A stretch of 64,000 nucleotides of DNA from Paragordius varius (taxonomy: Eukaryota; Animalia; Nematomorpha), in the NCBI GenBank assembly GCA_964247055.1, contig OZ176053.1, positions 6,076,001 through 6,140,000 of the forward strand, in the 5' to 3' direction. This document shows, in pieces, positions 24,330 to 37,977 of this stretch. The first letter of the stretch is position 1; every line of letters begins with the position of its first letter. The notes below the pieces were generated by a model. The model saw only the letters and a list, made by a program, of their open reading frames with translations, was not told the DNA's origin and made no database searches. Made by a program: the position numbers and the translations under genes.

Positions 24330-27300
24330 ATGGCTCAAAATGTTAACTCTGAAAAACTGGAAAGCGATATTAAGTTCCTTGTGCAAACCTTTCAAACTCA
24401 GATAAATTCTCTTAAAGTATATATGTTTTTAAATTTTAGCAAGCACCAATTTTATGGGAAGACTTTTATTCCAAAGCATCCAAATTCCATTCGAGTCTAA
24501 GGTAAATATATAGTAAGATTTATTTTATATTATTATATCCATTTTTTCAAATGATTGTTAGATTCTCTTTGTCTGCTTGATAAACATATAAATATACATA
24601 CTATTTGTTTTTATGATTTAAGCATACTCATTTCTTTGTGCTTTTCGGCATTTTTTATAACTTATAAAAATACCATAATATTTGTGTTTTATTACTACGA
24701 ATCACAGATAACTATTATTGCCAAGGTCATGATTCATAATTTTGCAACTTGAATACAAGAAAATTTTCCTCTTATAAGAATATTTATGAGCTAACGCTAA
24801 TACTGATAAATATTTCATAAACAAAATCTTATTCAATATATGCATTTAAAAAATTGTGTTGCCTAATTTTTACTGTTAAAATGAAATTATAAAATGAATA
24901 TCATTTTTAAAATAATTTTCTTGTAAATTTTTTTATAATTTGACTATAATTTGACAGATATATAAAACAAAAATAAACATCAACTCACACGCACAAAGAA
25001 AAAGGTCATTTATATTATTTGACTATAATTTTTTATTAAAAAAATTCATGAGTATTAAATTAAATACAACCTTAATTTTTGAATTGAAAAATTTTATTTT
25101 ATACACCTTATTTTACGTGAGTTTTTTCCTGTTAAAATTTAAATATCAGCGTCATGTATAATTTATCTGTTTAGAAAAAAATAGCATTACTTTATGAAAC
25201 AATTTTTAGCAACATTTTTCGTAATAACACACGGAGCTTTAAGAAATAAGTAATTAACTAGATAAATAGCTTATAATTATTTTCTGTAACCCACCTAAAT
25301 CCTAAAAATATGATTGCTGAATTTTTTTTATGTAAAATGTGGCATTTAATCCACAAACATTATTGGTGTAAGATAAATGTATCTCTTGAGAATTGAATAT
25401 ATTCCATGACCTGGTATCTGTAACTATATAGAGTCTAATAATGGGTAACTCCGCAACGATCACATATATATTATTATCAAAATTGTTTTTATGAATTTTT
25501 TCCTTTTTATTCTTGTATTTGATAGATCAAACGATCATGTTATATTTAACATATTCTGTACATGGAAATAAATATTTACAAGAATTTTTAATTGATAATT
25601 TATAAAATTATAATAAAAATACAGGGAATACTATTTTCTTTCTCATTCCATATTAGAGCATCTCATCTTTCAGAAAGGGAAGGGAATCCCCCTCATCCAC
25701 ACACTATACAAACATATTTTAAAATGTTAGATAAATAGTAGTACATTAACCGAAATCCATGATTTATTTAGGCATTTAATTGATTAATATATATATATAT
25801 TTGATTTATATAAATATATATTAATGGGACCGCTGCTATATATTTTCGCGACAAATTACTTTTTTGGTTATCATAATTGATAATTAAAATTAAATTTTTA
25901 CATGTTTTGGTTAAAAGGAAACACCCATAAATTAATCCATCTTTCCCATTTTTCCTATTTATAAATAAAGATTTTTTGTGCAAAAAATATACAATTAATA
26001 AACATAATTAATCTAATCCCCCCCCCCCTTTATAAGCCATAACTTAATTATATAATCTATCATTTAGCTTAACCAATGTTATACATGTACATAAAAACTG
26101 AGATTTCAAGTTAAACTGTCTGACTATGTTTTCTTCATTAATTTAATTAAGATTGATTACATACATTAACGATGTTTTTTTCCTATTGCCTTTTTTGTTT
26201 TGCATGTTTTGTTTCAACGCTCTTGTAAAGATGTAGCTATTTCTTTATTGTTTTAGGGTTTTTATCAAGGATTATCCCAATGCCTTATAAAATAATATTT
26301 TTAAACCCGGTTCTTATAATATTATAATTGTCAAATATGTTTTTTGTTTCATAGTTATATTTTACAATAAAATATTGACTTAAATATACATATATATAAT
26401 ATAACATCTCTGCTGATATCATCTTGAACTTTTAAGCTTTTTGTCTATACATATAATTTTTAGGTAAATTGATACATTATGTAACTTATACACACATATA
26501 GAGTATATCATTAACATTAAAGTTTCGTTTCTGTATAAGAATAAATTTTGGTTTTTTAATTGTAAAAAATATGTATAATATGTAATAAAAATAATTAAAC
26601 AAACAAATTTCCTTATATACAGTTGTGACATGTGATATCATTCTCCGCAAAATATATTAACTTGCAGGAATTTTACAGATATATACATCATCAATTATTT
26701 AAACAATAAGAAAGTTACTTTGTTGTTGCAAAATTATCGTTATATATAAAATACTTTGGCACCTTATAAATTTATTTACGTTTTAAGAGGAAGTTAATGA
26801 AATTTACAAAATATATAAAATAAACTTTTTCAAAAATTAAGCAAAGTTAACTTTTTGTAAAACTACATTAAAAATTAATATAACAGATTTAATGTAGATA
26901 GATTAAAAATATATATTTAGGGCTTTTAAACAACAACACAAAAATGAGACAATTTAGAGAAAACAAGGAAAATCCATTAGCTAATTAGAATTATACTTTT
27001 GTAATAAAAAAAACACTTTTTAGGGTGTAGAGGGGGATTAGGTTCCTATGTTTTTACAAATCTTAGGTTTAATTAACAAAAAAGGGAGATATGATACATT
27101 AAAAAAACTTTATATCTTACATTCGGCTATATTTTTGTCTTTTATATAAATATCTTGGAAAAAAATCTAAACTGCACACTTATTGAATTTCAATTTTGAA
27201 AGATTTTGATGATTGTTTTATTTTAAAAAGGATCTACTGAATAATACCAAATCTGTTTGCTATTTTATACTCCTTTATAAAATGTAGTATATACTCTTAA

Positions 27301-30300
27301 AATACGCTATAGTTTATTGTTTGATTATTATTTGTTTAAAAAACCTTTTCAATTCTTTAAACAAATGAGAATATATTATTTTATCCATAGTTGGCGATAT
27401 TTTTTGGTTGTTCCTTTAATGAGCGCTTGAAATTAAATTCTAAAGAGGTTTTTGAACCTCTGGTTCAAGCTTATTTTTTGTTAAACAACGGCTATGGGGA
27501 GACATAAATTATAATATTTTCATTTATTTTTAACAAATGATTATTGTTCATTTTTGGCTATTACCATAAAATTATTTTAAATTTTTAAAAACTTGCCTTT
27601 TTTACTTATACATTATTGTTCCCTCAAAACATGTGTATAAAAAATTTTGTATTAGAGAAATATCTTTAACAATTTATTTTATTGTAAACGGAAGATCATA
27701 AGGCTGCCAAAGGAGCATTTTGCCAAAAATTTAATCACTTACATATGATATTACAATTTTATAAGAGCGTCTGCTGAATGGATATTAAGTGTGATTGATT
27801 TTTCCCTTTTTTAATATATATTTTAATATTTGCACCTGGCTTTAATGAAGCATAAAGTGTCCATGTGAAAGCCATATAGCATATTCATGGTATCATTAGT
27901 TAGTGTATATGGATAATTTTAAATGATTTGTAAAACAAGAACGGAAAATAGACAGATATAACAATTATTGAATTTATAAGTTTTGGTTAAACAGCTGAGT
28001 AGGAAAATAGGATTTTTTACCGATAGTTTTTATTATGTGCCAGGAGAGAGTAGGACAACACAGCATGATATAAAATAATTTTATCAGTAAACTCATCCCT
28101 TCCCTAATTTTATAAATTATTCACTAAATTTCTATATTAGAATTTTAAAATTAATACCCATTGAGACACCTTAAAACAATTATTCTTGATAATACACAGC
28201 TAGTTATACCTGAAATGTGTATACTATTTGAAACTTTCTTAATTAATATAAATATTAAATTAAGGACCACTAATAATAAATAATTTGGTCAACTTTAAAT
28301 CTTCCTGCATTTTCTTTATTTTATTTTTGATTAAGTTTAAATTTTAACCAGAAAAACTATCATGATTGATCTAACTTAACCAATCCTTTTCCATTTATAA
28401 GGCAGTGTGTATGCTGGTAATTAGTCCGAATAAAAAGTCGTTGTTAAAATATAGAGAAAAAAATTAAATTACCATTTTTATTATCTATAAATTACATTTA
28501 GATCAATGTTAATTATATTAATAATTGTCACTCAATTTAATATTTATGCATGGCTAATTAGTTCATTTATATGTGTGATTTATTTTACGCATAAATAGAA
28601 AAACATAAAGGTGTGTTTGTTTTATTTAAGGTAAAAATAACACAATTGGTCAGATAAGTACATAATTTTAATCTCATAAATACATAAATATAAATAAGAT
28701 TTTAAAATTATTAATATATAAATAACCTCGTATTTACAGTTCTTACTTAGTATTTCATTAAAAAAGCAAAAAATTTATCCAATTTTAGTTTTAATTGTAT
28801 TGCAATGTATGAAAAGCACGTTTATTTAAATTTAAAATTGTAGGCGTAACTCTCCGTTTTATTTATTGAAATTATTTTATTTAATCTTTAATTCAAACCT
28901 TATGCATCATTAACACTTCATGACCTTTTGGGGTAGTTTTACCAGAGTGATTTGAATATCTTAAAAAGTATTTAGGATATTAGGTTGAATTTAAAAATAT
29001 GCTTTCTTGAGCGTTTTAGGCGCTAATACATTTTTTTCTAAAAAACCTAAATCTCAATTTTTTTTGCCGCCATTTTTTTTTAATATTTTTAAATCGCCAA
29101 TACAATAGTAAAATATATATTATGGCTAGAAAATGTAAATAATAATATTAACCTTTCAGGTTTCATTTTACCAGCAAAAACTATTCGATTTTAAAATCAG
29201 CTGTTTAGTTTAATCGTGTTTTGGAGCTGTCCCAATTTATGACTCTTTTTTTATCAAATACGGGACAACAATGGTTGATAATAAAATTATAACTAAAATA
29301 ACTTTCAAAACTGTAGTTTATTTACAAGATTGAGCTCAGGTATATAAAACTACCCCCATATGTCATTGGGGGCAAAAAAGGCGAAAAGTTTATGAAGTGT
29401 TACAGTCATGTATATGTAGAATTGACAAACATTCGTTTTTAAATGATTATAATTTTTTTTTAATTGTTTTAATGTTTGTTCAACATGCGCATTTTTAAGC
29501 CTTATGTTGAAAGTTGACATAAACATCAAAACAAATAAAAACAAATTTTAATCATTTAAAAACGAATGTTTGTCAATTCTACATATACATGACTGTAATT
29601 AAGTTTTCAAATATTTTACCATTTGCATAATGTTATAGCTCCAAGCGGTCTTTAATTATATTTTTGGGAATATTTATGTCAAAGCTTTGATTTCAATCGT
29701 TAATAGATTATTTTAAATTTTTAATAGAGTGACAATGACATGTATGAATGGTATGTGGGATGCCTTTCAACACATTGCCGATTATTCTTGCAGTAATCCA
29801 AGCCTTTTCGGTTCACATGTGCAACAAGAAACAACGCTAAAAAACGCAAAAACCAACAGCAATAATTCTCCTTTATCATTCCTTTTGCCACAGAAAAAGG
29901 GTGAAGTCATTGGTCCAGCTCTTATACGACTAGCTATGAGACATAAAGCCTTAGATAAACATTTGCAACAGTTACATGAGTAATAATATTTACAGTTTTG
30001 TCAAATGCTAAAATCTTTCTTTTTAATATGGGATTAATCTGAAATATCTATATATTTTTCATTATATATGGTTGGTAAATTATTGATTATTAAATAATTA
30101 ATCCCTTAATTGGAAATGAACTTTTAAATTCAAGATTTTCTTTTATTGAAAGCGTGAAACAAGCACATTAACATTTTATTACCGTTATTTTGAAACATTG
30201 TAAAAAATTGACATATGGCCACAATTTTTTGACAGATATCACACTATGTAAGAAATGAAATTTTTAAAATCAATATAATATACGATAAATATAATTTTAA

Positions 30301-33300
30301 TATTATTTTTTGGGGAAAATAATTTTATATAATTATTACCATGGCTTAAGTGTGTTTATATATTCATACACCTTTTTTGCAACATTAATTTAAAGATGTT
30401 AATTTTATAAGTAAACACGCGTAGTCTTGTAAGGAGACATTTATTGCGACTTTTTAAGATTATTATAAAAATCTATTTTAAAATTTTTTAGTTTACCATA
30501 AACTCTACGTCAACTTAGGAATTAAGTTTGAGTTAGACCAATCGACCAATTAAATACAACAGGCTCAGACAATATATAATAAAATTATGTTAAAATAAAA
30601 AAGGAATTTTTTCATTTAATTTTTTGCAGAATTGTTGGAAACCGTATCTTGACAAATTCTGCTGATACTCTGGAGGAATGGAAACGGGGTACATTAATTC
30701 TCGAGCGGGAACACGAAAGAGGTATATCCGTATATTGTCATTCCTAACATTTATAAACCTAACAACTTTTTTGGCCAAAATTTATTTCAATTTGGAAAAC
30801 CAGAATAAATTATTTTGTAATGATTTTTATATTAAGTATCCATAAAGAGAATCGTCCATCTGTAGCTGTATTGTTTAAACTAAAGAATTAACCTATACAT
30901 TTTTGGTTGATAATTGCATCACAACTTATTGATTTAATGTCAAAACTTGAATATAATGTAAAGTATTTCGTTATGCTCCTTGTGTAGATTATAAAAAGTA
31001 CAAACTGGAAATTAAGAAACTCAAAATGGATATGGCTAAATTGGTTAAGAAAATGCGAAAAGACACCACGGAAGGTATTATACACGTATTATGATATCAA
31101 TGATATAGAAAAAATGTTCTGTGTTTATTGTCATTTGTTAAAATTATATTACCACGAAACCAAATCGTTTATAACAGATTATAAATACAAAAATTTAATT
31201 TTTACTTTAGATCTCACCTCGCTTCACAATAGTCCGTATGGAGGTAGTAACAACTCTAAGTATAGAGATCGGTATAACGTTACGAAACGGGAATTGGAGC
31301 GAAACCTGCTAAAACTCCATGAAATTGAAATGCATTATGTCCGAACAAGTCATGAACAACATAATACACGGCTTAAAGTATGGATTGAAAAAGAGCTGAA
31401 ACCTATATTGGTGAGTATCACCATATCTTTTTGACATTTTTTAATGATTCTCACTCACCTAATATAATTACCTATTTACATCATCTTTCTAGGAAGTTGA
31501 AGGGTCTCTTAGTGAAGATATGTCCAAAATTAAGGATGCCACTGAGGATTTGTATGACAAATGTTTGGCGCCATCGAACAACAATCCAATGGATTTAAAT
31601 GAAAGGATGAGTAAGGCGAATGATCAAATACCTTTTATTAAAGATATTGAACACACCTCTCATCAAAAAATTGACGGGCCAAATAAAACAAGTGGTATAT
31701 CTCCTAAAAGTTAAAAAATTATGATTTTGAAACCAAATTATAATAGGTTACATAGGTCGATAATTAATCTGATTAATTTTAAAAAAATAGTGGTCGTAAG
31801 TCGTAACATAAATGTGATAAACAGCTTTTTGAAATTTTAATGACATAATAATAATATTATAGTAATAAAAATTGTCTATAAACAAACCATATTTAACTAG
31901 TTATCCAAGTATAAATGATTTTAATGAATCTAATCCCAAGATTTGGCAGTAAATATGAATAATATATTTAAAACAAAATAACTATGGAGTTTTCTTAATA
32001 ATTTCTTTTGTAAAATATTTGGTATGGTTATGTTTCAAAGCTCGTTTGATATATTAGTCAATATATCCTTAAAAAGTGACATTTTTTTCCGATTGCGAAT
32101 AGTTAGGTGGAGGTTCGGCGGCATTTTCATAAAGTTAATATATATGTAATTTATTCTAAAAAAATTGTTTGGAATTTAAATTTTTGGTATTAAAATAATT
32201 GTAGTATTTAATTGCGTGGGTAACGACGAGGGTTTGTAATGTAAATGATGTTAGAATTGTCGTAAAATAACGGAAAAATAAAATATAATTTAATAATTCT
32301 CAAATTTTCGCCATGGGCATCATCAGGAGATTAGTTAAGAAAAATATATATAATATAAGATAATAAAAATTAAATTAAAAAAAAAATAACAAAATCATGG
32401 TTGATATTACTTATAAAGGAAAAAATCACAAAAGAACCGTTAGTGGACAAAAGAAAGAAATGAATTATTCTGCTCTTATCGGATAATATATTTTATAAGT
32501 CAATTAATCAATGTATAGTGTTTAATAACATCCCCAAACCTACAACCATGAGATATGGCCAAAATAAAAAAGAATCTGTAATAAAGGAAGAAAACTTGGA
32601 TGAGAATGCCAAACAGTCGTTTAGCCATTTACAGTCTGTGGATGCTCAGCCTCAAGTATATTTTTACAGTTTTCGTTAAAATTATATTAATAAATCAAAA
32701 ATATCATTTTTTAAATTTTTTTTAATAGTTTATCGAGATATAATGATTAATTTATAACATTTTAAATGTTATTGAGAGAATTACAATTTTATGCTTATTG
32801 ATTCTCTCAAATAATATTGCACCAACAAAATATAATTTTAGCTAAAAAGCAAACTCACATTATTTCCCGGTATCAAAATTATTATTAACTATCATCTATA
32901 ATTATTTATAGCGAAAATATTCGTACAATACTCAACACCACCCTATTAACTCATCATCCAAATATTCAACATATCATTCCTCCCTTGCTGGCTGGTTATC
33001 TTCCCCCCGGAGAACTCCACTATGTTTGAGTCCATCATCACGAGTAGTTAAACAAAATTTTAGCGAAAATGATTCATCTATAATATCGGAAGTACGGTCT
33101 ATAAACTCTGTTGCCTCTCACCATAATCATGTTAATCAAAATGGAGATTGTATGGCTTAAAATAATTTTTAATTATATTTGTAATAATCAAAATTTGTTT
33201 ATGGCCACAATTAAAGCGTTTCATTTAAAATGGTTGTTGAAAATTGTGAAATCATTTATTTATATATTATAAATATAATTTGGTTTTTTTCACCAGAAAA

Positions 33301-36300
33301 TTTGATTTTTAAAATATACATGAAAAATTAAATTATGTTAATACTATGGATCAATTTTTTAAAGGGTCATATTAAATTTAAGGTGCATATTGTAATGCAT
33401 TTAGGTTATACCCGATATATCAGTTCTATTTACTTATAAAATATATCTTTTAATAGATAACCACATTGTTCCGCGTCAAAGAACATTTTCCCAACGAAGT
33501 CGAACGACCGCACCTGAAAAACCAATACGTAATCCACAGACGCAACTTACTTCACAGAAAAATGGATTTTTACGACAGAATTTCAATCGATTTACCAAGG
33601 TGGAACGGATAACAACCGGTTCGAATCAACAAGTTATAGAACATGAGGGTCAACATAAAAATGGCAATAGTTTGATACTTAATGAAACTATTAACTCATT
33701 TACAACAATATCTGGTCATACAAATAATATTAATAATAATAATAATCCTAAGCAATATGATCAAACAAGCCATAGTAATGGCATAACAAAAGCGATAAAC
33801 TCAACGAAAAATGGGTTTGAAGAAAATTTAAGTTCCTATTCATTGTCATTAAAATCGTTTGACGATGGGTCTTTCGTATCTTCTTTGGAAGGGTTAGGCA
33901 ACACCAAACAAATGGAATTGCACTCGAATCAAGGTTTTATTTATAACTTACAGATCATTTGTCAATTTTTCCGTTCGTTATTTTATTTATCATATTCATG
34001 GCAAATTTCTACAATCTATTATATTGTTTTAAGGAGGTGCGCCGTTGCTAATGAATAAAACTAACATGGATAGTTTTCATCATGTTCCTGAAGCCTTAAA
34101 TCCCTCCAGTGGTATACGTTCTAACGTACTTGATTCACTTTCAGCATTTGCCCAACTAAACAATTTATGCGTCAACCCACAACCGCATCTTACGAGTCAA
34201 AACATTTTGCATTCTAATTCGCCTAATTGCAACAAGAATATTACATTAACGCCTACAGAAATCGTACACTTAACACAAACGCTAAATATTGAAGAAAAAT
34301 ATGGTATAAAGAGAGAATCGATGGATTGTAGTCCAGCCGATAGGGATATTCATAATTCATCACTTACATGTGCTACATATGAGCAAAATTCCAATATTAA
34401 TGAGACTCAGATTACACCACTCTCAACCATTCAACCTGGGAAAATGGAGCAACATAGCCAACAACAAAACGCAAATGCATGTAAAAGATTGTCCTCTATT
34501 TCATCGAGGGATTCGGGTTTTGCTTCGCACGAGCACTCTACTTGCAATTCCGCCATGCTTCTCAAACAATTGGCAAACGGAGGCGTTACAGCATGTAATA
34601 ATAACGCTATAAATGAAAACCAGGTTAAGGTTAATGGAACATCCTCACATGTTCATCAGCATTGTGACGAAAAGAGCAATATAAAATCTTTGGTCTCAAA
34701 TAAAGCAATGGCCCCAAATGGCAAACCTACGCTATCCATGATACCTAAACCAAATGGCGCTAAAAAGCCGACAACAAGTTTGACCGATGCTTTGCTAGCC
34801 CACCCATTGTATTTACAACGGAAGAAACAGGAAATTGGTTTTTACTATTATCTAAATATATGTATAAGTATTTGGTTCGACCTATTTTGCCAATATACAT
34901 GTTAAACTCAATATATTTTTATGTCGCCTATTTTTATTAATTTTAGACAAAACTTAGATTTTTTATTGTTTTAATCATGTAATGCGATTATTACATTAAA
35001 ATTTTAGTTAATAACTATTCATTAACATAGACTCCAATATGTGTGAGAAAACACCTACAAATGATTTGGACGAAAAAAGCACATTTACTTTCATGACCAA
35101 CAGAATTGACTCTAATATCTATGGAAATAATACACATAAACCCACTTCAAATTTTTCTTCAGTTAATCACCATAATTATAATAATGATGATCTCGTAGAA
35201 AAAAATAAATTTTCCTCAACCGCTTTGGATGCAGAACTTGAAAGTTATTTGAAAAAATTGGAATTTGATTCCGTGTTTTCTCCATCAGATGACACTAATA
35301 TAGATGTGAATGGTTTAATCCACGGTAGTGTCCATGATGAGAAAAGATCCCTTATTCAAACGCATTATCAAATCGAAAGGTTTCCTATTTTCTTATATTT
35401 ATATAATCTATATATTTTTAAAAATGGAAAGTGGTGGCTTTGTGATCTGTTTCCGGAAAACCGGTAGACCCGTTCGAATCCAAATGTCGAAAAAATATAA
35501 TCATTAATGAATGCCCCGACATTAGCTTCACCCTTTTTCGAATTAGGCCCCCAGTTCGGGCCCACCCCGTATAAAAAACGGTTTTTTTTTGAAAACGGTC
35601 CACAAAAATCGTGTTTTTGAGACAATTTCCGGAAAACGTGCTGGACCATTCGATTTCAAATATGATTTTTTTTACTTTTTTTTGATTGCGCCGAACATAG
35701 TCGGCTCGCTTTTTTAGTTTAGGCCCTCTTTTTACCCGAAAATAATTTTTTGAATCTATTTTTCACCCAAAGTATAAGACCGTAAAAATTTAATAAGAAT
35801 TCCAGGTATTCCCTGTTAAAAGAAAAAAATTTTGCCCAACGCTTTTTTATACCTGTTCCTGGTAAGGAGCTACCCGTCACTATATAGAAATGGCTTTGTT
35901 TTGGAGCTAATTTACAGAAAATTTATGAAGCAATATAAGCTCATTAAAAGCTTGAATAATTACCCTTAACTAGGTGTTTTATTAGCCGTTAATTTGAGAC
36001 CTTTATGCCCTAAAAATCAACAATTATTTAGTGTTGAGGTATTTTTTCGAATAACCCATGAGGAGACGATGTTATTATAGATGATTCCAAATATTTGCCC
36101 TATAAAGGCAAAGTTAACTCAGCGCTTTTTCCATATAGGTTTATGGGTAGGGGTCTACCGGTTAAGAGCTAATTTCTAAAAAACTTAAGAAGCCATATGA
36201 GTTCAGTTAAATACATTTCTGGGGAATTTGTATAATATCATTCTTTCCTTTAAAAAGGGACCACAAATGATTTACTTTTTATATCCCTTGATCCCAGTTG

Positions 36301-36968
36301 TGTGAACTCAATATCAAAATAAAACTTTTAACCATGATTTCGTAAAACGAAAATTTTAAAATAAATCCAATAATAGTTGAATATCAACTTTAGTAAGGGA
36401 CAGTTTAAATATGCTCGATTTCGAGTAAACAATATTTAAACCTATGCAAAACCCCGTACAAGAATAATTAAAGACATTATTTTTTTATCTCCATTACCTC
36501 TATTTATTGCAAATTATTAAGAATTATTATTAGACTACGTCACAGCGAAACGAGACAGGGTCAGCTAGTATATAATAAAAATACAATTTACTGTTGAGTT
36601 TAAAGTTTGATTTTACATAATATAATTTTTATTACAGTAGTTCGGTATCACTTAGAGATAGTATCCAACAACAAATTTTAAAGCGAAAAAGTATCGCATC
36701 TAATTCATGCAATCCTGTGTCACCCAAATCACGCCATTCTTTGGCATTGAATGGTAAAATTATTTTTTATTTGTCATATTTTTATAATTTATTTATTTAT
36801 TTAAATCTAAATATTAATATATTATAATAAATAGATGCCTCTAATACTGATCAGATATATGAAACTGAACATATATCAAGAAAAAATTATACAATGTCCA
36901 ATAATGTTTACAACATTTTATCATCTCCTGTTGGGAAACTAACCATAGCACCAAGGCAAGCCATGTAA
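24330..36968 (+). CDS. MTSS1: MTSS1/MIM-like I-BAR (IMD) domain protein, 14 exons, ~1078 aa
   Basis: Exons: 24330-24416, 24440-24501, 29728-29979, 30630-30721, 30988-31074, 31211-31410, 31493-31694, 32519-32655, 32912-33149, 33457-33933, 34034-34837, 35031-35379, 36638-36753, 36835-36968, all phase-consistent. IMD motifs FQTQINSLK, WEDFYSKASKF, DAFQHIAD, IGPALIRLAMRH, LEEWKR and YKKYKLEIKK match recalled MIM. Downstream low-complexity exon boundaries are less certain. Confidence 0.88.
29401..29597. mobile_element. Hairpin MITE, family B-related (TA-CAGTCATGTAT termini, different interior)
   Basis: tacagtcatgtatatgtagaattgacaaacattcgtttttaaatga at the left end pairs with tcatttaaaaacgaatgtttgtcaattctacatatacatgactgta at the right end. 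Confidence 0.8.
35407..36568 (+). mobile_element. Non-autonomous Helitron-like element, copy 1 (MTSS1 intron 12)
   Basis: 5' end a|TCTATATAT and 3' end ...cagcgaaacgagacagggtcagCTAG|t, inserted at an A|T site with no TSD. Collinear with 58391-60296. Confidence 0.75.
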
Positions 36969-37927
36969 AATAAAATAAAACAAAAACCGAAAAAACCATC
37001 CAAATATATACATAGAAAATGATGTGATTTTGTAAATGTGTTTTAGAAACATATACTATATATTCATTAATTGTATCGACAAATTTACATATTATTTATA
37101 TTTTTATATATCCAATATAATCTCAATATAGCCGATACTTTCTCATTTTATTGGATTAATCTATTTTTTTGCATTTTTAAAAACACCCCCTTTGTGCATT
37201 TTGTCTAAGCATATAGTTCATAAAAATAATAATGTTTGTATATCAATTCAAATTTTTATCGATTACATGTATTAAATAAATTTTTATTTCTATGTATTTT
37301 CTCTTCTAACAGCATAACGTACGCAAGATTGCGCATTCGTTTTTGGTTAAATATATGATTAGTTTAATATTAGCGTGCTAGAGCCCAAAAATAACCACAA
37401 AATCAGTGCCTTGATTAGTTAGTAATGCATTAAAATTTATTCAGAATTTTAGGTGTTATATCGTCGTATTCTAACTATGAACAGAATTAAAATTCTAAAA
37501 AATAATTTTTCAAAAAATCGATCACTCCAAGTTAAGAAAATCGTTACTCAATGGATTCAATTTTTACTAATAAAATATCAAATGGTAGAATTTATGAGCA
37601 TAATTCATTCATATATAAAACACTTGTACAGTTAAATGCTACAAATAATGTATGTGACACAAAAATCTTTGAGTATTTCTGGTACTAAAAATATAGCATC
37701 AATATAAATATATGTACAATAAATATATATGAGAGTTTTATAAATAATTTTATCACATAGCGGTGCACATTTGCAACAAAATTTGAAATAGCACAAGAAT
37801 ATATTATTGGCGAATAAATACATTTAATATTTAATCGTATTTTTTTGTAAAAAAATAGCATCAAAAATGTGACAGCCTATGCTTAATTAGTGTCTAAAGG
37901 TTTATATAATAATAATATCGATCTATT

Positions 37928-37960
<33 letters not shown>

Positions 37961-37977
37961 ATAAAAGCATTATAATT

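Noticed and set aside
35368-35649. Minus-strand ORFs here and at 58387-58644 with mutual similarity
   Set aside because: They are antisense readings of the 5' end of the two Helitron-like copies, with no RepHel or host-gene motif recognised.
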